DNA of 42,002 bases from Gemmatimonadota bacterium (lineage in GTDB: Bacteria > Gemmatimonadota > Gemmatimonadetes > Gemmatimonadales > GWC2-71-9): NCBI GenBank assembly GCA_050264615.1, contig JBLNGI010000116.1:1-42002 (forward strand). The letters are read 5' to 3'. This document shows positions 28,407 through 37,419 of this stretch, piece after piece. The notes beneath the pieces are model-generated. The model was not told the origin of the DNA. It made no database searches and was given only the letters and a program-made list of their open reading frames with translations. Position 1 is the first letter of the stretch; every line of letters starts with the position of its first letter. A program made the translations under genes and the position numbers.

Positions 28407-30644
28407 ATGGCCGGGGCCGCACGACCATCGGGTGGGCACCCGAGCAGCTGGGCTGTCAGATACCGTGTCTGGGTGCTTGGCGCTTGGACGGTCACGGGGC
28501 TCGCTCTCGCCCCGCGGGCGGCGCGAGTTGAACGGTTCCTGGCGGTCGCCCCACCCGAGGGAGGCGAAGCGGCCGCGGTCGACGCAGCCCTGGCCAGTCG
28601 ATTCCGCACGCCCTTCGTCAATTCCGTGATTCTGGTCGTGGGCGGCGGTCCGGGTCCGATCGAGCCCGCCGGCCGTGCCCTCCTCGATTCGATCCGGGAT
28701 TCCGTCGCGCGCGTCCCCGGAGTGCTCCGCGTGCGCTCATATGAGAGTCCGCGCGACACATTGTTCTTCCACCGGGGCAACGCCGCCTCATTCATCCTTG
28801 TCGGACTCGATGACCGGGGACGCACGCCGGAGGATGCGGTGCCGGAGCTACGCCGCGCGACGTCGGCTCTCCTTCCCGCGCTGGCGCAGCAATTCCCAGA
28901 TCTTACCCTGCGCTGGACGGGACGAGCGGCTCTGAATGCCGACCTTCGAGAGGCCAGCGGAGCGGACGTGCGTGCCGCCGAGAAACGGGCGCTGCCGCTG
29001 ACTCTGCTCGTGCTCGTGGCCGCGCTGGGGACGGTCTTCGCCGCGCTCTTGCCTGTCGGGTGTGGTGTGCTCGTCATCACCGTCGCGCTGGGTCTGGCCA
29101 CGATCGTCGGCGCCCACTGGCCGCTAGCGACACTCGCCCAGAGCTTCATCGCGATGATAGGCCTCGGACTGGGGATCGATTACGCGCTGCTGGTCGTGAG
29201 TCGGTTTCGCGAGTCGTTGGCGGCAGGCCTGGCAGCGGATGCCGCGGCGTGTGAGGCCGGCCGCGCCGCCGGCAGGACGATCATCTTGTCCGGGGCCGTT
29301 GTCGCGGTAGGATTCGCGGCGCTCCTCGCGATTCCCCACTCCGAGGCCCGGGCCGCTGCCGTGGGGGGGCTCTTGTCTGCGGCGACCGCGGTACTCGTTT
29401 CGGTTTCGCTCCTGCCCGCATTGCTCTCCTGGTTAGGGGCACGAATTGACCGCGGCCGGCTATGGCCCGGGGAATGGGCGCTGGGTGCCGGCGCAGCTTG
29501 GCGCCGCTGGGGCCGACACGTGGTCGCCCGTCCCATCGCCGTGCTCGTCGCAGCCGGTCTGCCCATCGTTGTCCTGGCCTGGCAGGGACATCGGCTGCGG
29601 CCCGGCCTGCCCCGTGGCGGGGACTGGCTCCCGCCGGAGATCGAGTCCACGAGAGCGCTCCGGGAGTTAGAGGCGATGGGGCGCGGAGGGGTGGTCCAGA
29701 CCCTTCACATCCTGATGCAGCTCCCTCCGGGACATGACGTCCTGACCCACGACGGATGGAGCGCCGTTCGCCGCATGCGCCGGCGCCTGGTGGCCGACGA
29801 GCGGATCGCCGCCGTGCAGTCGTTCACTTCGTTCGCCGCCGAGCGGCCGCCGTCCCGCCTTGCCCTGTTCATGGCGCCACGGGCGACGTGGGAGCCATTC
29901 CTCACCGAGGACCGGCGCTCCGTGTTGTTGCACGCGATCCCTGCCGAGTCCGTCGATGACGTGGCGCTGGTCGCGCTCGTGAGACGATTACGCGCGTTCG
30001 ACGCGGAGCAGTTCACGGGGGTGGCCGGCACGCGCATCCTCGTCGGGGGTCTCCCCGCCGCGCGGGCCGACTACGTCGATGCCGTAGAGGGCCGCTTCGG
30101 CACGGTCGCGACGCTGCTCCTGGCGGGTACATTCGTGGCGCTGCTCATTGGCCTCCGGTCGGTCCTGGTGCCACTCAAAGCGATCGCCTTGAACCTCCTG
30201 GCGGTAGGCTGCGGCTTCGGCGTCGTCGTTCTCGCGTTTCAGGATGGCTGGGGGTTGGGCATCTTCGGCCTACACCAGCGGGTGGACGCCGTCTTCCTGA
30301 TCCTTCCCACGATCGTGTTCTGCACCGTGTTCGGACTGAGCATGGATTACGAGGTGTTCCTCGTCACACGCGTGGCGGAAGCGGCGCGACAGGGGGCAGA
30401 CGACCAGACGGCGGTAGTCGAGGGACTCGCGAACACTGGCCCGGTCATCACGAGTGCCGCGGCCATCATGGTCGCCGTGTTCGGCGCATTCATGCTCGGT
30501 GATTTTCTGTTCGTCAAAATGCTGGGACTGGCGCTCGCTGTCGCCGTATTCATGGACGCCACGCTGGTCCGGAGCGCCATCGGCCCGGCGTTGCTCACGC
30601 TGGCCGGTCGGTGGAACTGGTGGCCCGGCAGAACGCCACCGTGA
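28407..30644 (+). CDS. MMPL family (RND) lipid transporter
   Basis: MIGLGLGIDYALLVVSRFRE, GRTIILSG, RSVLVPLKA..LNLL, FGLSMDYEVFL.TR and TG.VITSAA.IM motifs; 745 aa. Confidence 0.95.
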   Translation: MAGAARPSGGHPSSWAVRYRVWVLGAWTVTGLALAPRAARVERFLAVAPPEGGEAAAVDAALASRFRTPFVNSVILVVGGGPGPIEPAGRALLDSIRDSVARVPGVLRVRSYESPRDTLFFHRGNAASFILVGLDDRGRTPEDAVPELRRATSALLPALAQQFPDLTLRWTGRAALNADLREASGADVRAAEKRALPLTLLVLVAALGTVFAALLPVGCGVLVITVALGLATIVGAHWPLATLAQSFIAMIGLGLGIDYALLVVSRFRESLAAGLAADAAACEAGRAAGRTIILSGAVVAVGFAALLAIPHSEARAAAVGGLLSAATAVLVSVSLLPALLSWLGARIDRGRLWPGEWALGAGAAWRRWGRHVVARPIAVLVAAGLPIVVLAWQGHRLRPGLPRGGDWLPPEIESTRALRELEAMGRGGVVQTLHILMQLPPGHDVLTHDGWSAVRRMRRRLVADERIAAVQSFTSFAAERPPSRLALFMAPRATWEPFLTEDRRSVLLHAIPAESVDDVALVALVRRLRAFDAEQFTGVAGTRILVGGLPAARADYVDAVEGRFGTVATLLLAGTFVALLIGLRSVLVPLKAIALNLLAVGCGFGVVVLAFQDGWGLGIFGLHQRVDAVFLILPTIVFCTVFGLSMDYEVFLVTRVAEAARQGADDQTAVVEGLANTGPVITSAAAIMVAVFGAFMLGDFLFVKMLGLALAVAVFMDATLVRSAIGPALLTLAGRWNWWPGRTPP

Positions 30645-30731
30645 GCGAAGCAGCCCACAGCTTCACCAACCCCTGCCCAGCGGGGCGCGGGGGTTGCACA
30701 AGGCTCGGCCGCTGGCGAGGCTGTGCTCCCT

Positions 30732-30775
30732 GGAGAGGTGGCAGAGTGGCTGAAGGCGGCGGTTTGCGAAGCCGT
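30732..30775 (+). pseudogene. Decayed 5' half of a tRNA-Ser(GCT)-like gene
   Basis: GGAGAGG TG GCAGAGTGGCTGAAGGC G GCGGT TTGCGAA GCCGT has the acceptor strand, D arm and anticodon arm typical of tRNA-Ser. No T arm or 3' acceptor strand follows. Upstream TTGCAC-N17-GAGGCT. Confidence 0.65.
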
Positions 30776-30875
30776 GCCAGGACATCGGGGTAGGTCGGTT
30801 GTTTGCCGCAATGTTTGCCGGTCAGTGCTGGCCGACGTAGTCGAATGGGGTACGTGAGTGCCAGTGCCGGAGCAC

Positions 30876-30910
30876 AAGACGAGGGGCCCGCACAGGACCC
30901 CTCGTCTTTT
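30876..30910. terminator. Hairpin/intrinsic terminator abutting the right att repeat
   Basis: Perfect 11-bp stem AAGACGAGGGG (30876-30886)/CCCCTCGTCTT (30898-30908) running into TTTT. Confidence 0.7.
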
Positions 30911-30944
30911 CAGTCCGCTGCTCTACCAACTGAGCTACCTGGCC
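30907..30944 (-). repeat. att direct repeat, right copy (displaced 5' half of tRNA-Phe)
   Basis: Identical to 15315-15352. Preceded on the minus strand by a -10-like TAGATT (30964-30959), the probable native tRNA promoter. Confidence 0.95.
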
Positions 30945-30980
30945 CAAAGTGGAAGCGGAATCTAGAAACGTGAGGGGGGT

Positions 30981-32150
30981 TTAGAAAGCCTCGCCTACAG
31001 AGAAGTAGAGCAGACCCCCGTCGCGGCCCCACGAATAGTCGAGCCGGAGGTGCATCGGATACTTCGCGCTCAGCTGGTAACGGGCACCGAGCCCGCCCGC
31101 CGGCAGCAGCTGCGCCTCGAAGATGTCTCCAGCCGTCGCGGCGACCTGCCCAAAACCGCCGAACACGACCGCGCCAAAGCGGGCGCGATGACCGCGCAGC
31201 TCCGCCTGCACCACGTTCCCGACATGGTCGCGGTAGCGGCCCTGCGTGTAACCACGCATGGTGTACCGGCCCGAGCCCAGTGAGCACAGCCCGTAAAAGG
31301 GCGCGTCCCCCGGAGCCGCGCAGGCATTGATGTTCGTCGCGAGCACGAGATCGCTGCCGCGCAGTCCGTTGTACCATGACCACGAGCCGGTGTAGCGCTG
31401 GAACGAGCCCGAGTTGCCGGTGGTCGTCGAGAAGAATCTCGCTTTGAGCTCCGCCAAGCCCCCGTGCGCGGGCCAATAGTCGTTGTCACGCGTGTCGTAC
31501 TCCGCCTGCAGCCCCGGCGCGATCAGCACGGCGCGCGCCTGGTCGGGAACCGCGGGCAGACCGGGCCCCCCCGAGTCGCGCAGCTCGACAGTGGTCTCTC
31601 CGCGGAAGAGTGACGCGCCGAGGTATACCGGACCGGCAACACGACGCAGCAACACGAGGGCGGCGGGGAAAAACGTCTGCTCGAGCGCCACGGAGCGTCC
31701 CGCTTCGCCCGCGTCGATCCCGATGCCATAGAAGTCGTAGCGCAGATCCATGTAACCCACCATGCCGCGCACGCGCCACGCATCCTGCTTGAAGCGTGCG
31801 ACCTCGATCGCCATCACGCCCCAGCTGCCGTTTTCGCTTGCCAACCCCATCACCGCCCCCGTCGACGGCTTCACCGTCGTGTCGCCATCGAAGCGGTGAA
31901 TCAATCCCACCATCAGCGCTCCGCCCCACCCGATCTGCGAGTTGCGAAACGGCAGCGGCGCGATGAGCGGCGTGACGCGCTTGGTGCGACGACTCGTCCC
32001 GGCACCTGGTTCGATCGTCGGATCGATCGAGGGAACGTCCACGGCCGTAGGATCGACCACTGGAGACGACCGGCCCTGAACGGAAGCGGACACCGCAACC
32101 AGCGCAGCGGCAAGGATCGAAAAGATCACGCGGAAGACTGCGGGCACCAC
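30981..32150 (-). CDS. BamA/TamA (Omp85) family outer membrane beta-barrel protein
   Basis: Signal peptide, YDTRDN.YWP..G, MRGYTQGRYRD, GLGARY and C-terminal YFSVGEAF. Start uncertain (GTG 32150/32147/32129). Confidence 0.85.
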   Translation of the reverse strand: MVPAVFRVIFSILAAALVAVSASVQGRSSPVVDPTAVDVPSIDPTIEPGAGTSRRTKRVTPLIAPLPFRNSQIGWGGALMVGLIHRFDGDTTVKPSTGAVMGLASENGSWGVMAIEVARFKQDAWRVRGMVGYMDLRYDFYGIGIDAGEAGRSVALEQTFFPAALVLLRRVAGPVYLGASLFRGETTVELRDSGGPGLPAVPDQARAVLIAPGLQAEYDTRDNDYWPAHGGLAELKARFFSTTTGNSGSFQRYTGSWSWYNGLRGSDLVLATNINACAAPGDAPFYGLCSLGSGRYTMRGYTQGRYRDHVGNVVQAELRGHRARFGAVVFGGFGQVAATAGDIFEAQLLPAGGLGARYQLSAKYPMHLRLDYSWGRDGGLLYFSVGEAF

Positions 32151-32176
32151 GGCTCGACGGCTCTTGCACCTTGGTG

Positions 32177-33289
32177 CTAGGGACTGACGATGACTCGACC
32201 GCGGGACATCACGAACCGCACTTTCTGATACGCCGTCACGTCTTCGCGCGGATCGGCGTTCAGCGCCACGAGATCGGCGACCATTCCTTGCCTGATCTGA
32301 CCAAGCGAGTCGAGGCCAAAAGCTCGGGCCGCGTTGACCGTGGCGGAACGCAGCAGCTCGGCAAGCGGTACCCCCGCCTCGGACATCGCGACGAACTCCT
32401 TCGCGTTTTGGCCGTGGGGCAGCACGCCACCATCCGTGCCGAACACCAGCCGCACCCCGTGTCGCTGCGCCAGCCCGACCGATTCGATCAGTGCGCGGCC
32501 GGCGGCGCCCGGGGTCCCGGCCGGCAGCGACGCCAGCGTAGGGATCATGAACACCGCGCGAGTCCGCATGAGGCGCGCCGTGACGCTGTCGAGGTAGGCG
32601 GTGTGCGCGAGACCATCGATGCCGGCCGCGAGTCCGGCTCTGACGCCGCCGAGCGAGATGTCGTGCGCGATCACTCGGCGCCGATCCGCGTGCGCCGCAT
32701 CGACCACGGCCTTCAGCGTGCTGTCGGGTAGCTCGTAATCGTTCGGGTGCGCGTACGCGTCCGCCGGCCATCCCGTCACACAGACCTTGATGAAGTCCGC
32801 GCCGGCTGCGACGTTCTCGCGCACGCGGGCCCGGAACCCTTCCGCTCCTCCCGCGATTCCGATCCCCCCGAACTCGCACACGCCGTCCTTGCGTCCCACC
32901 CAAATGCCCGCGGCATAGACCCGCGGGCCCGGAATCTCGCCGGCGTTGATCGAGTCGCGGATTCGCAACAGCCGCGTCGTGCGAGACCCGAGATCGACCA
33001 CGGTGGTGAAACCCGCCTGGAGATCGGCGAGCGCGTTCGAGCGCACCGGCCCGCCGATGGCAAGATGTACGTGCGCGTCGATCAAGCCCGGAATGATCGT
33101 CGCGGACGAGAGGTCGTAGACGGTGGCGCCCGCGGGAATGGCAACGTCAGGGCCAATCGCGCCGATCCGGCCGCTCTGCACCAGAATGATCTGGTGGAGC
33201 GACGCGCTGGCTGTCTCGGGATCGAGCACGCGCCCGGCGCGGATCGCGATGACCTGAGTGGTGAGAAGCACCGCGAGCAGGTGAGTCAT
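32177..33289 (-). CDS. Metal-dependent amidohydrolase (Xaa-Pro dipeptidase-like)
   Basis: PGLIDAHVH, AGFTTV.DLG, GADFIK, FGTDGG, SATVNAA and G.VADLV motifs. Confidence 0.92.
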   Translation of the reverse strand: MTHLLAVLLTTQVIAIRAGRVLDPETASASLHQIILVQSGRIGAIGPDVAIPAGATVYDLSSATIIPGLIDAHVHLAIGGPVRSNALADLQAGFTTVVDLGSRTTRLLRIRDSINAGEIPGPRVYAAGIWVGRKDGVCEFGGIGIAGGAEGFRARVRENVAAGADFIKVCVTGWPADAYAHPNDYELPDSTLKAVVDAAHADRRRVIAHDISLGGVRAGLAAGIDGLAHTAYLDSVTARLMRTRAVFMIPTLASLPAGTPGAAGRALIESVGLAQRHGVRLVFGTDGGVLPHGQNAKEFVAMSEAGVPLAELLRSATVNAARAFGLDSLGQIRQGMVADLVALNADPREDVTAYQKVRFVMSRGRVIVSP

Positions 33290-33357
33290 GACTGCAAATC
33301 GTACGGCCTCCCGTGAACTTCACTAGGAGGCCGTGTCGAATCGGACGAAATGCTGAC

Positions 33358-36300
33358 CTACCGGCCGCCCGCGGCCGCCTCCCACTGTTGCCGCGTCATC
33401 ACCACGATCGGCTCGAGTTTCTTACCACGCAGCGCCGTGTTGATGCCGGCCAGGTCGCGCGTGATCCAGGCATCGAAATCCCGCATCACGTCGCCCAGCT
33501 CGCGCGCGATCGCATCCGCCCGCTCGATCTGCGTCTGCGTCGGGCCGCCGTCGTAGAAGATGATGTTGCCGTACAGGTCGGCGAGGTTCTCGCGCAGGCG
33601 TTCCTCGCCGGTGATCATGCCGCCTTCCTTGGTGGCCACGATCTTCTTCCGCATCACGTCCACGGCGCCCGACGCGGCGCGGAGCCGCTTTGCGACGGCG
33701 TCGCCGGCCGACAATTTCCCGGCGCGATCATCCAGCGCCTGCCGCACGCTGTTCATCCGTTCGACCGCGAACGTCATCTCGGTAAGGGTGCCCGACGTCT
33801 TCAGGGCAAGATCGAGCGCCGCGCGACGTTCCTGATCGGTGTGGGTGGCGCGCGGGTCGGGAACGACCGCGAGCTGCGTCGAGTACGTCGCCGTGTCCTT
33901 GGTCATCTTGATCGTGTACGTCCCCGGCAACACCCGGGGCCCGTACGCGGCGCCGAACGCCGCGCTCGCCGCCGGCGGCACGCGTGGGGGGGAGAGCCGC
34001 ATCGACCACGTGACGCGACTCAAGCCCCGGCGCTTGCTCGTCGGCAACGTGCCGAGGAGTTTGCCGCTCGCGTCGTAGACCTCGAGCTTCATGTCGCCGA
34101 AGATGTGGCGCCGCCGCTGGTAGTAGGTAATCACCGCGTCGCTCGGCGGATTCGGTCCGACGTACATCGCGTCGCCGTTCGCCCACCCACCCCCCGCCTG
34201 CAGGCGCTGCACCGTGGGACGGCCGGGCAGGAAGGCGACGGAGCTGCCCAGCACCTCGGGCGTGAGCGCCCGGAGCGGCGAGATGTCGTCCACGATCCAA
34301 ATGCCGCGCCCATGCGTCCCGATCACGAGGTCGTGGTCGCGCGGATGAATCGCCAGGTCGCGCACCGCGACGTTCGGGAGGTCCCCCCCCTTGTAGTGCG
34401 CCCACTGCTTCCCGCCGTCGACCGAAATGAACAGTCCGAATTCGGTGCCGAGGAACAGCAGGTTCGGATTGACGAGGTCTTCCTTTATGACGTGGGCGTA
34501 GCCACGCACCGGACTGTCCGGGGCGACCAGCGCCGTCCACGTCGCGCCGAAATCGGTGGACTTGTAGGCGTAGGGGCGCATGTCGCCGAAGGTGTGCAGA
34601 TCGAACGTCGCGTAGATCGTGCCGTTCGCAAAATGGCCGGGCTCGACCGAAGTGACCCACGCGTTCTTCGGCAGGCCGGTGATCTTTGGGGCGACGTTCG
34701 TCCACGTCTTCCCGCCGTCGCGCGTGACCTGCAGGTTGCCGTCGTCGGTGCCGGCCCAGATGATCTGCCCATCCCGCGGCGACTCGGCGATGGCGAAGAT
34801 CGTGGTGTGCATCTCCGCGGCCGAGTTGTCGACCGTGATGCCGCCGGACAGTTCCTGGCGCTGCTTGGTCGAGTCGTTGGTGGTCAGATCCGGAGAGATG
34901 CGCTCCCAGGTTTGCCCAAAGTCCTTCGAGCGGAACAGCACCTGCGCGCCGAGATAGATCGTGCCCTTCTGCGTCGCGCTGATGTGGATCGGGGTGTTCC
35001 AGTTGAACCGCAGCTTCTTCTCCTGGTAATGCGGCAGTGGCTGGATACCGCGCGCCTCATGGGTGCGGCGGTTGATTCGCCCGATGTATCCACCCTGCGA
35101 CTCGGCGTAGAGGTAATTGGGATCGGCTGGGTCGACGAACATCCAGAAGCCGTCGCCACCGTACATGTTCTCCCACTGATGGTTCGTGATCCCGCCCGGA
35201 TACTCCGACGGGCCGACCCACGAGCTGTTGTCCTGCAGCCCGCCATACACGTTGTACGGGCGGTCCATGTCGACGCTGACGTGGTAGAACTGCGACACCG
35301 GCAGGTTCTCGTTCTTTACCCATTTGTTGCCGGCGTCGTAGGAGAACCAGAGGCCGCCGTCGTCCCCGGTGATGAGGTTGTCGGTGTTGCTCGGATCGAT
35401 CCAGACGTCGTGGAAGTCGCCGTGCGCGCCGCCCGAGATGCCGCTGAAGCTCTTGCCACCGTCGGTACTGACGATGAAGCCGCCGTCCGGCTTGTACACA
35501 CGCTCCGGGTTACGCGGGTCGACGATGAGGTTTGCGAAATAGAACGGCCGCCAGATCATGTTCTGGCTCCGATCGAGCATCTGCCACGTCTTGCCGGCGT
35601 CATTCGACCGGTACAGGGCGTTCAGCGGCGGCACCGCTTCGATAAACGCGTACACGACCTCGGGCTTCGAGGGCGCGACCGTCACGGCCACACGACCCCA
35701 GGGTTTGGGCGGCAGCCCCGCCGAGCCGGCGGGCAGCTCGGTCCACGTCGCGCCCCCATCGGCGGTCTTGAACAGCCCGGAGGCACTCGGCGCCGTCGCG
35801 CTGTCGCCCCCGGAGCGGAACGTCCAGCCGCGCCGGCGGAAATCCCACATTCCGGCATACAGCGTCTTGGGATGCGCGGGATCCATCGTCATCATCGAGC
35901 AGCCGGTCGACAGGTTGGCGCCCTTCAGCACCTTGGTCCATGTCTTCCCGCCGTCGGTCGTCTTGTAGACGCCCCGCTCGTCCGAGTCGCTCCACAGTTT
36001 TCCGGGCACGCAGACGTAGACCGTATTGGTCTCGGCGGGGTCGACGAGCACTTTGACGATGTGTTCGGAGTTGCGCAGCCCCATGTTCGTCCAGTTCTCG
36101 CCGCCGTCGTCGGAGCGGTAAATGCCGTCGCCGATGGACACGCTGTTGCGCATCCAGGACTCACCGGTTCCGACCCACACGACTTTCGGATTCTTGGGAT
36201 CGATCGTCACGGCGCCGATCGACTGCACCGCTTGCTTGTCGAACACCGGCTTGAACGTCGTGCCGCCGTTCGTCGACTTCCACACGCCGCCGCTCGCGGC

Positions 36301-36468
36301 GCCGACGTAGATCGTGAGCCGCGCCCCTTCGTGCACGGCGTCCAGCGCCGCGATCCGCCCGCTCATGGCCGCGGAGCCGATGTTCCGCGCGCCCAGCCCG
36401 GAAATCGTTTCCGAGTCGACTTTGACGGAAGGTTGCTGGGCGATCAGGAGCAGCAGGAGCGCGTTCAT
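33358..36468 (-). CDS. VPS10/sortilin-like BNR-repeat beta-propeller protein (putative glycosyl hydrolase)
   Basis: Many S/T.DGG.TW Asp-box repeats, SGRIAA, GGLQDN, GGDGF, RFNWNTPI, GTEFGL, THGRG; 1036 aa. Confidence 0.92.
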   Translation of the reverse strand: MNALLLLLIAQQPSVKVDSETISGLGARNIGSAAMSGRIAALDAVHEGARLTIYVGAASGGVWKSTNGGTTFKPVFDKQAVQSIGAVTIDPKNPKVVWVGTGESWMRNSVSIGDGIYRSDDGGENWTNMGLRNSEHIVKVLVDPAETNTVYVCVPGKLWSDSDERGVYKTTDGGKTWTKVLKGANLSTGCSMMTMDPAHPKTLYAGMWDFRRRGWTFRSGGDSATAPSASGLFKTADGGATWTELPAGSAGLPPKPWGRVAVTVAPSKPEVVYAFIEAVPPLNALYRSNDAGKTWQMLDRSQNMIWRPFYFANLIVDPRNPERVYKPDGGFIVSTDGGKSFSGISGGAHGDFHDVWIDPSNTDNLITGDDGGLWFSYDAGNKWVKNENLPVSQFYHVSVDMDRPYNVYGGLQDNSSWVGPSEYPGGITNHQWENMYGGDGFWMFVDPADPNYLYAESQGGYIGRINRRTHEARGIQPLPHYQEKKLRFNWNTPIHISATQKGTIYLGAQVLFRSKDFGQTWERISPDLTTNDSTKQRQELSGGITVDNSAAEMHTTIFAIAESPRDGQIIWAGTDDGNLQVTRDGGKTWTNVAPKITGLPKNAWVTSVEPGHFANGTIYATFDLHTFGDMRPYAYKSTDFGATWTALVAPDSPVRGYAHVIKEDLVNPNLLFLGTEFGLFISVDGGKQWAHYKGGDLPNVAVRDLAIHPRDHDLVIGTHGRGIWIVDDISPLRALTPEVLGSSVAFLPGRPTVQRLQAGGGWANGDAMYVGPNPPSDAVITYYQRRRHIFGDMKLEVYDASGKLLGTLPTSKRRGLSRVTWSMRLSPPRVPPAASAAFGAAYGPRVLPGTYTIKMTKDTATYSTQLAVVPDPRATHTDQERRAALDLALKTSGTLTEMTFAVERMNSVRQALDDRAGKLSAGDAVAKRLRAASGAVDVMRKKIVATKEGGMITGEERLRENLADLYGNIIFYDGGPTQTQIERADAIARELGDVMRDFDAWITRDLAGINTALRGKKLEPIVVMTRQQWEAAAGGR

Positions 36469-37211
36469 GGGCGCGCCCCCGGCCGCGTAAACCGCTGATT
36501 CTCGAGCGGGACGTTGGCCTCGATCTTGTCGAATGTGATCTTCCCGCGATCGGTGCTACTCGAGCCCTTCGGCCCCGACTCGGAGGAGAACGGCAGATAC
36601 ACGCCGTTGACTTGCTTGTAGTCGCCGAGCGAGGTCTCGAATTCCTGGGGCGCGCCGCGAATCATGCGCTGGGTGTCGATGCGGATCGGGACGTAGTACT
36701 CGGTATCCAGATAGTAGAAGCTCACGTCACCGTTGGGCCGCGTGACCTTGAGCTTGTACGCGTCGCTGCCCTCGACTTGCTCCAATCCCTGAAACTCGAC
36801 CCGGTTGCCCTTGGCCTGGTAATCCACGAGCGGGCCATCGAAATCGGCGTCGTCGAGAATGCCGTGCATCTCTTCTTCTCCGAGCGCCTCAGGATCCCGC
36901 TTGCCGTTCCACGGCTCGATCTTCCAGCCGTCGTGGCCGTCATAGGCGTTGATGCCGGTCATCCCCTGGATCGAGAATTCTTGCCGCACGCTGTTGGGAC
37001 GTTTGTTTTCCTGCACCACGACTGCCTCGAACCCACCGCTGCCGGTGAACTTTCCGGTGCGCCGCAGCGTCTGCAGAGCCTGGATCCGGGCCAGGCCGCC
37101 GGACGCCTGGAGGTATTTGGCGACGAGGCTGTCGACGGATTGAGCGGAGACCACGGATACGGCGGGTCCGGCCCAGAGGCCGGCGCTCAGAATCAGGAGT
37201 TTGCGAATCAT
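36465..37211 (-). CDS. Secreted hypothetical protein (LolA-like/lipoprotein-sorting fold suspected)
   Basis: Signal peptide, KY..A.GG, YDG..GW, DYK.VNG...PF; ATGA overlap with the VPS10 gene. Confidence 0.75.
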   Translation of the reverse strand: MIRKLLILSAGLWAGPAVSVVSAQSVDSLVAKYLQASGGLARIQALQTLRRTGKFTGSGGFEAVVVQENKRPNSVRQEFSIQGMTGINAYDGHDGWKIEPWNGKRDPEALGEEEMHGILDDADFDGPLVDYQAKGNRVEFQGLEQVEGSDAYKLKVTRPNGDVSFYYLDTEYYVPIRIDTQRMIRGAPQEFETSLGDYKQVNGVYLPFSSESGPKGSSSTDRGKITFDKIEANVPLENQRFTRPGARP

Positions 37212-37293
37212 GCGACCCTTCCGGTAGGCGAATCAGGGATCTGAAACCTACCGGCGCTCCGAGCGCTCCGCGAGCCATCGCGACAGGCCCGTT

Positions 37294-37362
37294 TGCCAAG
37301 ATGATCGACCGCTCTGCCAGATCGGCAAAAGAGCGCGCGCAAGAAAACGGCACGGATGATGC
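37294..37362 (+). promoter_or_regulatory. Sigma54-type promoter with upstream palindrome
   Basis: CGGCACG-gatg-ATGC (GG 37349-50, GC 37361-62, correct -24/-12 spacing). TGCC-N5-GGCA at 37315-37327 and a half site 21 bp upstream. Confidence 0.6.
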
Positions 37363-37419
37363 CAACGCCAGCCGTGAGAGTTTTCAAACCCGATCGTTCT
37401 CATCGAAAGGAGGAAACCT

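Noticed and set aside
30732-30820. Functional tRNA with a GCG (Arg) anticodon
   Set aside because: No T-arm (GTTCRA) or 3' acceptor strand follows; the body is Ser-like and the anticodon stem is degraded.
33313-36498. 1061-aa plus-strand ORF and other long antisense ORFs (e.g. 11939-13474, 27431-29149, 19360-20700)
   Set aside because: Shadow frames opposite well-supported genes in high-GC DNA; Arg/Ala/Pro-rich with no motifs.
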